A stretch of DNA of 64,000 nt from Bacillota bacterium (GCA_029570375.1 JAKPXB010000040.1:155464-219463), one strand, 5' to 3'; positions 38,208-46,780 are shown, numbered from the stretch's first letter. The notes: generated by a model not told the origin, from the sequence alone. Program-made: numbers and translations.

Positions 38208-39209
38208 TCACACCTCATCCGCCCAATCGTCATCGTCTTCGAAATCGAGCTGCAGGAGGTCGTGAACAGCTTTCACGATACCGTTCGTATCGATGCCGTG
38301 TATCGCCATCAGATCTTCGTGGTAACCGATCGGCGAGAAGCAGTCCTGCAGGCCGAGCCGGCGGAATGCACAGCTCATGCCGCTCTCGGCGAGAACTTCG
38401 GCGACCGCGCCGCCGAGACCGCCGATGATCGTGTGGTCTTCCACTGTAATAATCCTGCGTGTATCGTGACACGCTTTCAGGATTGCTTCTTTGTCGATTG
38501 GCTTGATCGTATGCATGTCGAGAACCCGCGCGCTGATGCCGTCCGCGCTGAGCTCAGAGGCTGCCTGAATGGATTGAAAGACAGCGGATCCGCAGGCGAT
38601 AATCGTGACATCCGTCCCTTCCGCGAGCTGTACCGCCTTTCCGATCTCATACCCGTAATCGAGATCTTTGTAGACGAGCTGGTCAAAACCGCGGTTGATG
38701 CGGATGTAGACAGGGCCCTCATAGCCGACCGCCGCGCGGACGACATTCGCCGTCTCCATACCGTCGGCGGGAACGATCACGACCAGGTTGGCCAGTGACC
38801 GCATGATCGCGATATCTTCCGTCGAATGGTGCGTGGTTCCCGCCTGGCCGAAAGATGTCCCGGCATGGGAAGAGATCATCTTCACATTCGCCTTCTGATA
38901 GCAGATATCGGTGTGCACCTGGTCGAGGGCACGGCACGACGTAAAGATCGCAAAGGAAGATGTAAACGGGATGAGGCCGGCTTTGGCCATGCCCGCGGCC
39001 GCGCCGTACATATTCTGCTCCGCGATGCCGAACTGATAGAACCTGTCAGGGAAGCGCTTCATGAAGTCGCCGATCTTTGACGATTTCCCCAGATCAGCCG
39101 TCAAGGCGACGATACGGGGATTCTCTTCAGCCAGTTCACACAATGTCTCACAATAGACTTCACCGGTCGACAGCCTCGTCTGATTGATGCTCGTAAATGA
39201 AATACCCAT
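38208..39209 (-). CDS. Transketolase, C-terminal (pyrimidine-binding) subunit
   Basis: FPDRFYQFGIAEQNMYGAAAGMAKAGLIPFTSSFAIF.... Confidence 0.9.
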   Translation of the reverse strand: MGISFTSINQTRLSTGEVYCETLCELAEENPRIVALTADLGKSSKIGDFMKRFPDRFYQFGIAEQNMYGAAAGMAKAGLIPFTSSFAIFTSCRALDQVHTDICYQKANVKMISSHAGTSFGQAGTTHHSTEDIAIMRSLANLVVIVPADGMETANVVRAAVGYEGPVYIRINRGFDQLVYKDLDYGYEIGKAVQLAEGTDVTIIACGSAVFQSIQAASELSADGISARVLDMHTIKPIDKEAILKACHDTRRIITVEDHTIIGGLGGAVAEVLAESGMSCAFRRLGLQDCFSPIGYHEDLMAIHGIDTNGIVKAVHDLLQLDFEDDDDWADEV

Positions 39210-40081
39210 TATTCCGCTCCTCTCCGTTCAATCGCGGCTACTCTGCTTTCGTAGTACTGATCGAGATCGCGCAGCGCCTCGTCGCCCATTTCCCGTGTGA
39301 TGCCTCCGTAGTGCCAGTGGTAGTCACCGGCACAGAACCCGACGCCTTTGCCCTTGCATGTGTCGAGAATAATACACGTCGGCTTGTCTGTGCGATCGAG
39401 AGCAGCCTCAATCGCTTCACTCATCGCCTCAAAGTCATGTCCGTCGACTGTCACGGCGTGAAATCCGAATGCGCGCCACTTGTCTTCGAACGGTTCGATC
39501 GGCATGACATCCTCTGTCATCCCGTCAATCTGCGCGTGATTGCGGTCGACCAGCGTGACGAGGCGGGGAGGATTGAAGTGCCCGATCGCCATCGCCGCTT
39601 CCCAGACGGCGCCCTCCTGGCATTCACCGTCACCGAGCAGACAGAATGTCCGGTAGCTTTTCCCTAACTGCTTCGCGGCGAGTGCGGTTCCGAGCGCGAT
39701 TGAAAGGCCGTGGCCGAGCGAACCTGTGGAAGCGTCAACTCCGGGGACTTTATTCGCATCCAGGTGGATGCCGAGCTTTGAACCCGTCAGGTTGAAAATC
39801 TCCAGGTCTTTTTTCGCGATATACCCGATGTCCGCGAGAATCGCGACAAATCCGATCCCCGCATGTCCTTTCGACATGATGAAGCGGTCACGATCCTCCC
39901 AGTCGGGCTTTTCCGGATCGATTCGCATAAAACGGCTGTACAGAAGCGTCGCCACATCAATCATGCTGAGTGCGCCGCCGAGATGGCCGCTGCCGGCGCA
40001 GAGTGTCGTTTCAATGATGGTGCGTCTGTGTTCGTGCGCTTTGGCTTCGATCGCGAGCAATTCCTCTCTTGTCAATGGCAT
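39209..40081 (-). CDS. Transketolase, N-terminal (TPP-binding) subunit
   Basis: GSGHLGGALSMIDVATLLY...DRFIMSKGHA...GSLGHGLSIALG...LLGDGECQEGAVWEA. Confidence 0.9.
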   Translation of the reverse strand: MPLTREELLAIEAKAHEHRRTIIETTLCAGSGHLGGALSMIDVATLLYSRFMRIDPEKPDWEDRDRFIMSKGHAGIGFVAILADIGYIAKKDLEIFNLTGSKLGIHLDANKVPGVDASTGSLGHGLSIALGTALAAKQLGKSYRTFCLLGDGECQEGAVWEAAMAIGHFNPPRLVTLVDRNHAQIDGMTEDVMPIEPFEDKWRAFGFHAVTVDGHDFEAMSEAIEAALDRTDKPTCIILDTCKGKGVGFCAGDYHWHYGGITREMGDEALRDLDQYYESRVAAIERRGAE

Positions 40082-40093
40082 AGCATACCTCCT

Positions 40094-41353
40094 TTAACGG
40101 TACATTTCAGGGTGGCGTTTGCGAACAGCTTCAAAGGCCTCGTGAGCGGCTTCAAACGTGTACACAAGATCCTCTTCACCCATTGCGCAGTTCATAAAAT
40201 GATTGTGGTGGTTGGCGAGGAAGACTCCGCGCATCACCATCTCGGCGACCCACTCCTGCAGCAGCACAGAGGAATCGTCATCTCCCAATGTCAGGAAAGG
40301 CATCGCCTTTTCACCTGTGACGCGGAATTCAAACCCGTGCTGCCTGGCCGCCTCCGTCAACCCTTCCGCGAATTTCTCACCTGTTTTCTTCATAACCTCC
40401 GGCGCGTTGATCTCCCGCATAATCTCAATGCAGCGGATCGCGGCGGCGATCGGAACAGCTGACAGCCAATAGCTGCCCGTCGCGAAGACCGAACTGATTG
40501 ACGGGCGAAGCGACGCGTCGCCGCACAGAGCGGAGATGTTATAACCGTTTGCCAGCGCTTTGCAGAAACAGATCAGGTCGGCGCGGAAACCATAATAATG
40601 ATCCGATCCGCGCACATCGAGGCGGAATCCGCAGCGGACATCGTCGAGGATCAGCACGATGCCATTCGCCGTGCAGAGTTGGCGGACATCATTCCAAAAA
40701 CCGGGTTCAGGGAGATGATTCTCATAGAATGCCTGATGATCATAGGGCGTCGAAATCACACCCGCGATATCGCCCCGGTATTCCTCAAGGACCCGCTTGA
40801 ACAGTTCGATACTGTTGAAAGGAATCGTGATGGTATTCTCAACATCTTCGAGCAGGACACCGGGATACCCGGCATCCAGCATCCAGGGGAGAATACCGTG
40901 ATAACCGCCTTTGAATTTGATGATTTTTTTCCGCCCTGTCGCGGCTCTGGCGGTCAGCATCGCGAGGTTTGTGACGTCTCCGCCGTTTTTCGCGAACATC
41001 GCCCAGTCAGCGCTGTCGACAGTATCGACGAGCAGCTCCGCCAGCTCGATCATGAGGGGAGAAGGAACAGTCGTGCAGTTCGATTTTTCCATCTGTGCGC
41101 GCGCCGCGGCGTCAACTTCCGGGTGGTTGTATCCGAGGATATTGGGGCCGTAGGCACACATATAGTCGATAAAGCGGTTTCCGTCAACATCCCAGAAATG
41201 AGCCCCTTTCGCGGTTTCACAGAAAATAGGATAGGCAGAAACAGGGATAAAGCAGCCCGCGGCCGGTCCGAGATGACCCGGGACGCCGGCAGGAATTACT
41301 TTTGCGGCTCTGTCGAACAAAGCGTTACTTTTCGGATATTGGTATAACTGCAT
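40094..41353 (-). CDS. Class-III (GSA-aminomutase-like) PLP aminotransferase
   Basis: I chose the start MQLYQYPKSN (ATG 41353) after AAAGGAG. Family pattern: ...GAHFWDVDGNRFIDYMCAYGPNILGYNHPEV...LILDDVRCGFR.... Confidence 0.8.
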   Translation of the reverse strand: MQLYQYPKSNALFDRAAKVIPAGVPGHLGPAAGCFIPVSAYPIFCETAKGAHFWDVDGNRFIDYMCAYGPNILGYNHPEVDAAARAQMEKSNCTTVPSPLMIELAELLVDTVDSADWAMFAKNGGDVTNLAMLTARAATGRKKIIKFKGGYHGILPWMLDAGYPGVLLEDVENTITIPFNSIELFKRVLEEYRGDIAGVISTPYDHQAFYENHLPEPGFWNDVRQLCTANGIVLILDDVRCGFRLDVRGSDHYYGFRADLICFCKALANGYNISALCGDASLRPSISSVFATGSYWLSAVPIAAAIRCIEIMREINAPEVMKKTGEKFAEGLTEAARQHGFEFRVTGEKAMPFLTLGDDDSSVLLQEWVAEMVMRGVFLANHHNHFMNCAMGEEDLVYTFEAAHEAFEAVRKRHPEMYR

Positions 41354-41366
41354 AGCGAGACTCCTT

Positions 41367-42125
41367 TCACGACAGGAAGCGCGGGACCATACCCAGCAGC
41401 TTGTCGAGACTGTCAATCATGGGAATACGGCCGCGCATAGCGATATTCCCTTTCCCGATACACGTATAGCTGTCGAGATCTCCGTTCAGCAGGCCAAAGG
41501 CCGTCTCGAACGAATCGAACATCATCGCGGCCCGCGCGTTCGCGTTTCTGCCCTTTGCCGCGCGAAGACTGCCTTTTTCCGCGATAAGATGGAGTCCGAA
41601 ATCATCACCGACTGTCACATTGACAATTCCTTCTTCCATTTTTCCGGCAATCCGCTGCCCGGTTTCATCGTAACGAGAAATCTCCGGTACGGCGAAAAAG
41701 GCTGTATAGGCAGTCAGAATCGTGCTTTTCTCGAGGAACCCCTGTTCTTTTTTTATCCTCTCCCGATCAGGTTTCAGATAGCTCTCCAGCTGTCCCGCCA
41801 GAAATGTAAACGTTTTTTTCAGAAATCCGATATGCCGAAACCCTTTGGTCGGCAGCGGGTTCTTCTCGCCGGCGACCATCAGATTCAGGTGTTCCGGAGA
41901 TGAAAACCGAAGATTCATGTCGCAGGGAATATTCTCCCCCCGACGGGCACTGCATTGTCCGTCATGGAAAGTCAGCACCAGCCGGTCAATCCCGGGAACG
42001 GAGAATCGGATCGCGGCCTCGTGGCCGCGTATGGCGTTCGCAGACGCCTCATCGAGCTGACAGAGATCTTCCATGTTCCGGAGCAAAGCGTGCAGATTAA
42101 TCGCCGCTTTTACCGCTTCATTCAT
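41367..42125 (-). CDS. Unknown protein, SCP2-like C-terminal region; paralog of 37415..38206
   Basis: I chose ATG 42125 (MNEAVKAA), downstream of GAAGGAGG. The C-terminus AAMMFDSFETAFGLLNGDLDSYTCIGKGNIAMRG resembles the SCP2 sterol-carrier fold. Confidence 0.5.
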   Translation of the reverse strand: MNEAVKAAINLHALLRNMEDLCQLDEASANAIRGHEAAIRFSVPGIDRLVLTFHDGQCSARRGENIPCDMNLRFSSPEHLNLMVAGEKNPLPTKGFRHIGFLKKTFTFLAGQLESYLKPDRERIKKEQGFLEKSTILTAYTAFFAVPEISRYDETGQRIAGKMEEGIVNVTVGDDFGLHLIAEKGSLRAAKGRNANARAAMMFDSFETAFGLLNGDLDSYTCIGKGNIAMRGRIPMIDSLDKLLGMVPRFLS

Positions 42126-42219
42126 AATAATCACTCCCTCCTTCGCAGATCGTATGACTTTATTACATTAAGATTGTCTGCAAACCTTGATACGCTCATG
42201 TTTTACAGATAATGGATTA

Positions 42220-42241
42220 ATAGAGCGAGTACTCGCTCTAT
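42220..42241. promoter_or_regulatory. Perfect 22-bp palindromic operator candidate
   Basis: ATAGAGCGAGT|ACTCGCTCTAT is its own reverse complement (checked base by base). It begins 5 nt downstream of the leftward -10 element. Confidence 0.6.
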
Positions 42242-42246
42242 CTCTA

Positions 42247-42274
42247 AATATATATAAATATTAGGAATTGTCAA
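42247..42274 (-). promoter_or_regulatory. Near-consensus sigma-70 promoter for the leftward operon
   Basis: The minus strand reads TTGACA-16 nt-TATATT, inside the AT-rich divergent intergenic region. Confidence 0.55.
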
Positions 42275-42357
42275 TCATTTTTTCAAAAACCCCCATCAAA
42301 CTGCCTAAATGAATCGCTCTCTTAGCGGATTATTTGAGAAGATATCCCCATTTCTCG

Positions 42358-42386
42358 TTGTCACAATACATAAAACCTGATAATAT
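42358..42386 (+). promoter_or_regulatory. Promoter candidate for pntAA
   Basis: TTGTCA-17 nt-TAATAT, about 40 nt upstream of the pntAA start. Confidence 0.5.
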
Positions 42387-42428
42387 ACAGTCGTATCGAT
42401 AACTAAGTTCACGCAGGAGGTGCAAAAT

Positions 42429-43595
42429 ATGATTATCGGTGTTCCAAAGGAAATCATGGTTGGTGAAAGACGCGTTGCGGCTTCGCCCGAAACGGTAAAG
42501 AAAATGGTCGGCGACGGCTTGACTGTCCTTATCGAAAAAGAGGCCGGAGAAGGCGCTTTTTACCATGATCCGGAATATGTGGCAGCAGGAGCGGAAATAG
42601 TAGAGAACGTGGCTGATCTCTTCGATCGCGCGGATGTCATCCTGAAAGTAAAAGAACCGCTCTTCAATGAGAAACAAGGTAAGCACGAAGTCGACCTCAT
42701 GCATGAAGGCCAAGTCATTATTACATTCATTCACCCCGCCGCGCCGGTCAACCATGACATGGTGAAACATATGGCTGAATGCGGCATTACAAGCATCACG
42801 CTCGACGGCATCCCCCGCATCACGCGCGCGCAGGCGATGGACGCGCTGACCTCCATGAGCACATGTGCAGGCTACAAGGGCATGCTGATCGCGGCCAATG
42901 AACTGCCGAACTTCGTCCCGCAGATCTTCACAGCTGTCGGTATGATTAAGCCGATCAACGTCCTCGTCATCGGGACAGGTGTCGGCGGACTCCAGGCGCT
43001 CGCCACAGCGAAACGCCTCGGCGCCGTCGTTTACGCCGCGGATATCCGCCCGGCTGCCGCTGAGCAGGCGATGTCACTCGGCGCGAAGGTCGTCGACCTC
43101 GGCGTCCCTCCTGAGGAAGCCATCGGCGAAGGCGGATACGCCCTGATGCTTTCACCGGAGCGCCTCGAAGCCGAGCGCGAGATCCTCGCCGAGAAAGTCA
43201 AGGATATGGACATTATTTTCCTTTCCGCGCTCGTCCCCGGCAAACTCGCCCCGATCCTCATCACCGAAGAGATGGTCAAATCCATGAAGCCCGGATCCGC
43301 GATCGTCGATATCTCAATCGACCAGGGCGGCAACTGCGAGATCACCCCTTCCGGCACGATCGAAGTGAAACACAACGTGACACTCATCGGCATCAAGAAT
43401 ATCCCCGGACTGCTTCCGAAGAGCTCGACATGGATGTTCTCCCAGAACATCTACAACCTGTTGAAGTACCTGATCAAGGACAACCAGATTTACCTCGACA
43501 TGGAGGATCCGATCGTCCAGCAGGCGCTCACAACGTACCAGGGCAAAGTCGTCCACAAAGGTGCGCTTGAGGCCTTCGCCGCGCTTGGTCATTAA
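42429..43595 (+). CDS. pntAA: NAD(P) transhydrogenase subunit alpha part 1 (dI, NAD(H)-binding)
   Basis: MIIGVPKEIMVGERRVAASPETVKKM..., VLVIGTGVGGLQALATAKRLGA. ATG 42429 lies 8 nt after AGGAGG; the track begins at a GTG at 42420. Confidence 0.9.
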   Translation: MIIGVPKEIMVGERRVAASPETVKKMVGDGLTVLIEKEAGEGAFYHDPEYVAAGAEIVENVADLFDRADVILKVKEPLFNEKQGKHEVDLMHEGQVIITFIHPAAPVNHDMVKHMAECGITSITLDGIPRITRAQAMDALTSMSTCAGYKGMLIAANELPNFVPQIFTAVGMIKPINVLVIGTGVGGLQALATAKRLGAVVYAADIRPAAAEQAMSLGAKVVDLGVPPEEAIGEGGYALMLSPERLEAEREILAEKVKDMDIIFLSALVPGKLAPILITEEMVKSMKPGSAIVDISIDQGGNCEITPSGTIEVKHNVTLIGIKNIPGLLPKSSTWMFSQNIYNLLKYLIKDNQIYLDMEDPIVQQALTTYQGKVVHKGALEAFAALGH

Positions 43596-43610
43596 TCACT
43601 CCGTCAGCCT

Positions 43611-43643
43611 AAGTGCCGCGTCCTGACCGGACGCGGCACTTTT
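43611..43643 (+). terminator. Strong terminator-like hairpin inside the pntAA-pntAB spacer
   Basis: AAGTGCCGCGTCC-tgacc-GGACGCGGCACTT forms a 13-bp perfect stem running into TTTT. It sits 16 nt after the pntAA stop and 145 nt before pntAB. Confidence 0.55.
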
Positions 43644-43787
43644 CACTCCAGGCGTTAAGCTGAAGAGGGAACGGAGCGGACCGCCATTCACGGAAGTCCA
43701 GAGTGACAAGCTTTATCAGTTTACAGGCGCCGCGATTCCAAGCGGCGTTGCCTTGTCAAAAGAAATATTGAAAAAGGAGACACGTAC

Positions 43788-44090
43788 ATGACAACTACAC
43801 AGGCCATCCTTCTGGGCGTCTTCGTTGTGGCGACGCTGGTTGGCTACAAAATTATCACGCGCGTCCCGAGTCTGCTGCATACGCCTCTGATGTCAGGCAT
43901 GAACGCCTTTTCCGGCGTCACCGTCCTCGGATGTCTCGCCGCGACAGCGGCCGCGGCGCACTGGGGCAGCAAAATCCTCGGCTTTCTGGCGATCGTCCTC
44001 GCGATGATTAACGTCGTCAGCGGATTCGGTGTGACACACCGTATGCTGAGAATGTTCCACAGCAGTTCGAAGAAAGGGGCAGAAAAATGA
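43788..44090 (+). CDS. pntAB: NAD(P) transhydrogenase subunit alpha part 2 (membrane dIIa)
   Basis: 100 aa with three predicted TM helices, ...LLHTPLMSGMNAFSGV.... RBS AAAAGGAGA. The stop overlaps the pntB start (ATGA). Confidence 0.85.
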   Translation: MTTTQAILLGVFVVATLVGYKIITRVPSLLHTPLMSGMNAFSGVTVLGCLAATAAAAHWGSKILGFLAIVLAMINVVSGFGVTHRMLRMFHSSSKKGAEK

Positions 44091-46711
44091 TACATACCAT
44101 CTCCCGCATGGTTCTCGAAGCCATGCCTGCCCTCACAGTGGTTAATACAGGATCACAGACGTTCTACTACATCGCCGCGGGCGTGTTGACTGTTCTCGTC
44201 CTCGTCGGGATCTCCATGATGAGTAAAGTGGAAACCTCCGTTGTCGGGAACGCGCTTGGCGCGACAAGCATGTTTCTCGCTATTGTGCTGACACTCTGGT
44301 ATTTCGACATTCTTACGGTCTGGCTTCTCTATGCCGCCATGCTCGTCGGTCTTCTGATCGGTATTGTCGCGTCGATCCGCGTCAAGATGATTCAAATGCC
44401 GCAGATGGTCGGCCTGCTGAACGGATTCGGCGGCGCGGCCTCCATGCTCGCGGGTATTCTCACGCTGATTGCCGCCAGCCCGGATGAAACCGTCTTCTCA
44501 CTTCTGACATCCGGTCTCGCCATTTTCGTCGGCTCACTGACGCTGACAGGAAGCCTTGTCGCCGCGGGCAAACTCCACAAAGTTCTCCCGCAGCGCCCGA
44601 TCGTCCTGAGGAACCACCAGCTCTGGACGGCTCTCTCGCTCATCCTCTCGCTTGTAACCGTAGTGCTTCTCGGTATTCCCACTCTGCTGGATATCGCTGT
44701 TCTGAAGATCGTCTTGCTAATCGGGTGCGCGGTTTTTTCCGGCGCGTTCGGCGTGATCTTCGCGATCCGCGTCGGCGGAGCCGATATGCCGATCACGATT
44801 TCTCTCCTGAACTCTTTCTCCGGTGTCGCCGGCTCCATCGCCGGTATGGCGATCGGCGATCCGCTCCTCGTCGCGGTCGGCGGTGTGGTCGGAGCGTCCG
44901 GCCTCCTGCTGACGCAGATCATGTGCCGAGCGATGAACCGCAAGCTCTTCGACATCCTTCTCGGCAAAACGTCGGTCGCCGGCGCGCCTGCCGCGAAGAA
45001 ACCGGAACAGCCGAAAGCCGAGAAAGCGGCTCCCGTCAAAGCGGAAAAAGCGGTCCTTTCTCCGGAAGAATGCTGTGGCTGCTGGCTGCGTGACGCTGAG
45101 CGCGTCATCATCGTGCCCGGGTACGGCATGGCCCTTTCTCAGGCGCAATCGACGGTGAAACAGCTCATGTCCGAACTCGAAGCGGCAGGTAAAGAGGTCA
45201 AGTTCGCGATTCACCCGGTGGCCGGCCGTATGCCCGGCCATATGAATGTGCTCCTGGCTGAAGTCGATATCCCCTACGACAAACTCTATGAGATGCAGGA
45301 TATCAACGATGAGTTCAAAGACACCGATGTCGCGATCGTCATCGGCGCGAACGATGTCATCAATCCCGCCGCGAATACAGCGGAAGGCACCCCGATCTAC
45401 GGCATGCCGATCCTCAACGTCGTGGAATCGAAACACGCGGTCATCTGCAACTTTGACAAACTCCCCGGCTACGCCGGCGTCGACAACCCACTCTATGAAG
45501 AGGGCAAAGAAGACCGAATCGCGCTGATGCTCGGCGATGCGAAAGAGACACTCAACGCGATTATGAAATCCTATCGTTCATCAGGCGAAAAGACCGCCGA
45601 AACAGCGGCCGGCTCCGATGCCGCGATGACGCCGGAACTCCATTGCGGACAATGGCTCCGCGACGCGGAACGGGTCATTATCGTTCCCGGATACGGCATG
45701 GCGCTCTCACAGGCGCAGTCCATCGTCAAACAGCTCATGATGGATCTCGAAGCAGAAGGCAAAGACGTCAAATTCGCGATTCATCCCGTCGCCGGCCGCA
45801 TGCCCGGACATATGAACGTGCTGCTCGCCGAGGTCGATATTCCATACGACAAACTCTATGAGATGCAGGATATCAACGATGAGTTCAAAGACACCGACGT
45901 CGCGATCGTCATCGGCGCGAATGACGTCATCAACCCCGCCGCCAACACCGCGGAGGGCACACCGATCTACGGCATGCCGATCCTTGATGTCGCCGACGCC
46001 AAGCACGTGATCATCTGCAACTTCGACAAACTTCCCGGCTATGCCGGCGTCGACAACCCGCTCTACGACGAGGGACAGGAAGACAAGATCGCGCTCATGC
46101 TCGGCGACGCGAAAGAAACGCTTCAGTCGATTATCGGGGCTTTCCGCGTCTGCGAAGTCCCGCAGCCCGCCGCTGACGGCGGACAAACGGCTGAGCAGAT
46201 TTGCGGCTCGTGGCTGAACGACGCGAAACGGGTCATCATCGTCCCCGGTTACGGCATGGCGCTCTCACAGGCGCAGTCTATCGTGAAGCAGCTCATGGCA
46301 GAGCTCGAATCGGCGGGAAAAGACGTCAAATTCGCGATCCACCCCGTCGCCGGCCGTATGCCCGGCCACATGAACGTGCTGCTCGCGGAAGTCGACGTCC
46401 CCTATGACAAACTTCACGAGATGCAGGACATCAACGGCGAATTCAAAGACACGGACGTCGCGATCGTCATCGGCGCGAACGATGTCATCAATCCCGCCGC
46501 GAATACCGCGGAAGGCACGCCGATCTACGGCATGCCGATCCTTAACGTCGCCGACGCGAAGCACGTGATCATCTGCAACTTCGACAAACTCCCCGGCTAC
46601 GCCGGCGTCGACAACCCGCTCTACGACGAGGGACAGGAAGACAAGATCGCCCTGATGCTCGGCGACGCGAAAGAAATGCTGAACGCGATCATCAACGCCT
46701 ACCGCTGCTGA
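44087..46711 (+). CDS. pntB: NAD(P) transhydrogenase subunit beta with THREE tandem dIII (NADP(H)-binding) domains, 874 aa
   Basis: The N-terminal ~300 aa form the multi-TM dII. The block WL.DA.RVIIVPGYGMALSQAQ...HPVAGRMPGHMNVLLAEV...IGANDVINPAA...LPGYAGVDNPLY then occurs three times, separated by short Ala/Glu/Pro linkers. Confidence 0.85.
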   Translation: MIHTISRMVLEAMPALTVVNTGSQTFYYIAAGVLTVLVLVGISMMSKVETSVVGNALGATSMFLAIVLTLWYFDILTVWLLYAAMLVGLLIGIVASIRVKMIQMPQMVGLLNGFGGAASMLAGILTLIAASPDETVFSLLTSGLAIFVGSLTLTGSLVAAGKLHKVLPQRPIVLRNHQLWTALSLILSLVTVVLLGIPTLLDIAVLKIVLLIGCAVFSGAFGVIFAIRVGGADMPITISLLNSFSGVAGSIAGMAIGDPLLVAVGGVVGASGLLLTQIMCRAMNRKLFDILLGKTSVAGAPAAKKPEQPKAEKAAPVKAEKAVLSPEECCGCWLRDAERVIIVPGYGMALSQAQSTVKQLMSELEAAGKEVKFAIHPVAGRMPGHMNVLLAEVDIPYDKLYEMQDINDEFKDTDVAIVIGANDVINPAANTAEGTPIYGMPILNVVESKHAVICNFDKLPGYAGVDNPLYEEGKEDRIALMLGDAKETLNAIMKSYRSSGEKTAETAAGSDAAMTPELHCGQWLRDAERVIIVPGYGMALSQAQSIVKQLMMDLEAEGKDVKFAIHPVAGRMPGHMNVLLAEVDIPYDKLYEMQDINDEFKDTDVAIVIGANDVINPAANTAEGTPIYGMPILDVADAKHVIICNFDKLPGYAGVDNPLYDEGQEDKIALMLGDAKETLQSIIGAFRVCEVPQPAADGGQTAEQICGSWLNDAKRVIIVPGYGMALSQAQSIVKQLMAELESAGKDVKFAIHPVAGRMPGHMNVLLAEVDVPYDKLHEMQDINGEFKDTDVAIVIGANDVINPAANTAEGTPIYGMPILNVADAKHVIICNFDKLPGYAGVDNPLYDEGQEDKIALMLGDAKEMLNAIINAYRC
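45083..45580 (+). repeat. pntB dIII copy 1 (aa ~333-498)
   Basis: First unit of the intragenic tandem triplication. The conserved Trp codon is at 45083. Confidence 0.85.
45653..46150 (+). repeat. pntB dIII copy 2 (aa ~523-688)
   Basis: The equivalent Trp codon is at 45653 (570-bp offset). It differs from copy 1 at many synonymous third positions. Confidence 0.85.
46211..46708 (+). repeat. pntB dIII copy 3 (aa ~709-874)
   Basis: The equivalent Trp codon is at 46211 (558-bp offset). The unit runs to the natural C-terminus. Confidence 0.85.
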
Positions 46712-46780
46712 TGAGCCGCCCCGGCAGCGCCTCCCGCGCTGCCGCTGAAACACGGCCCCCGGGCCAACAAAACCAACAGA

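Noticed and set aside
42330-42770. A 146-aa minus-strand ORF starts inside pntAA and ends in the AT-rich control region.
   Set aside because: It overlaps the well-supported pntAA coding frame. It has no RBS and an odd composition, so it is most likely spurious.
45071-46711. The triplicated pntB 3' region as an assembly or collapse artefact.
   Set aside because: The three units differ at numerous synonymous positions and have unique linkers. The reading frame is continuous through all junctions. Identical-repeat misassembly would not produce this pattern. It should still be confirmed with long reads.
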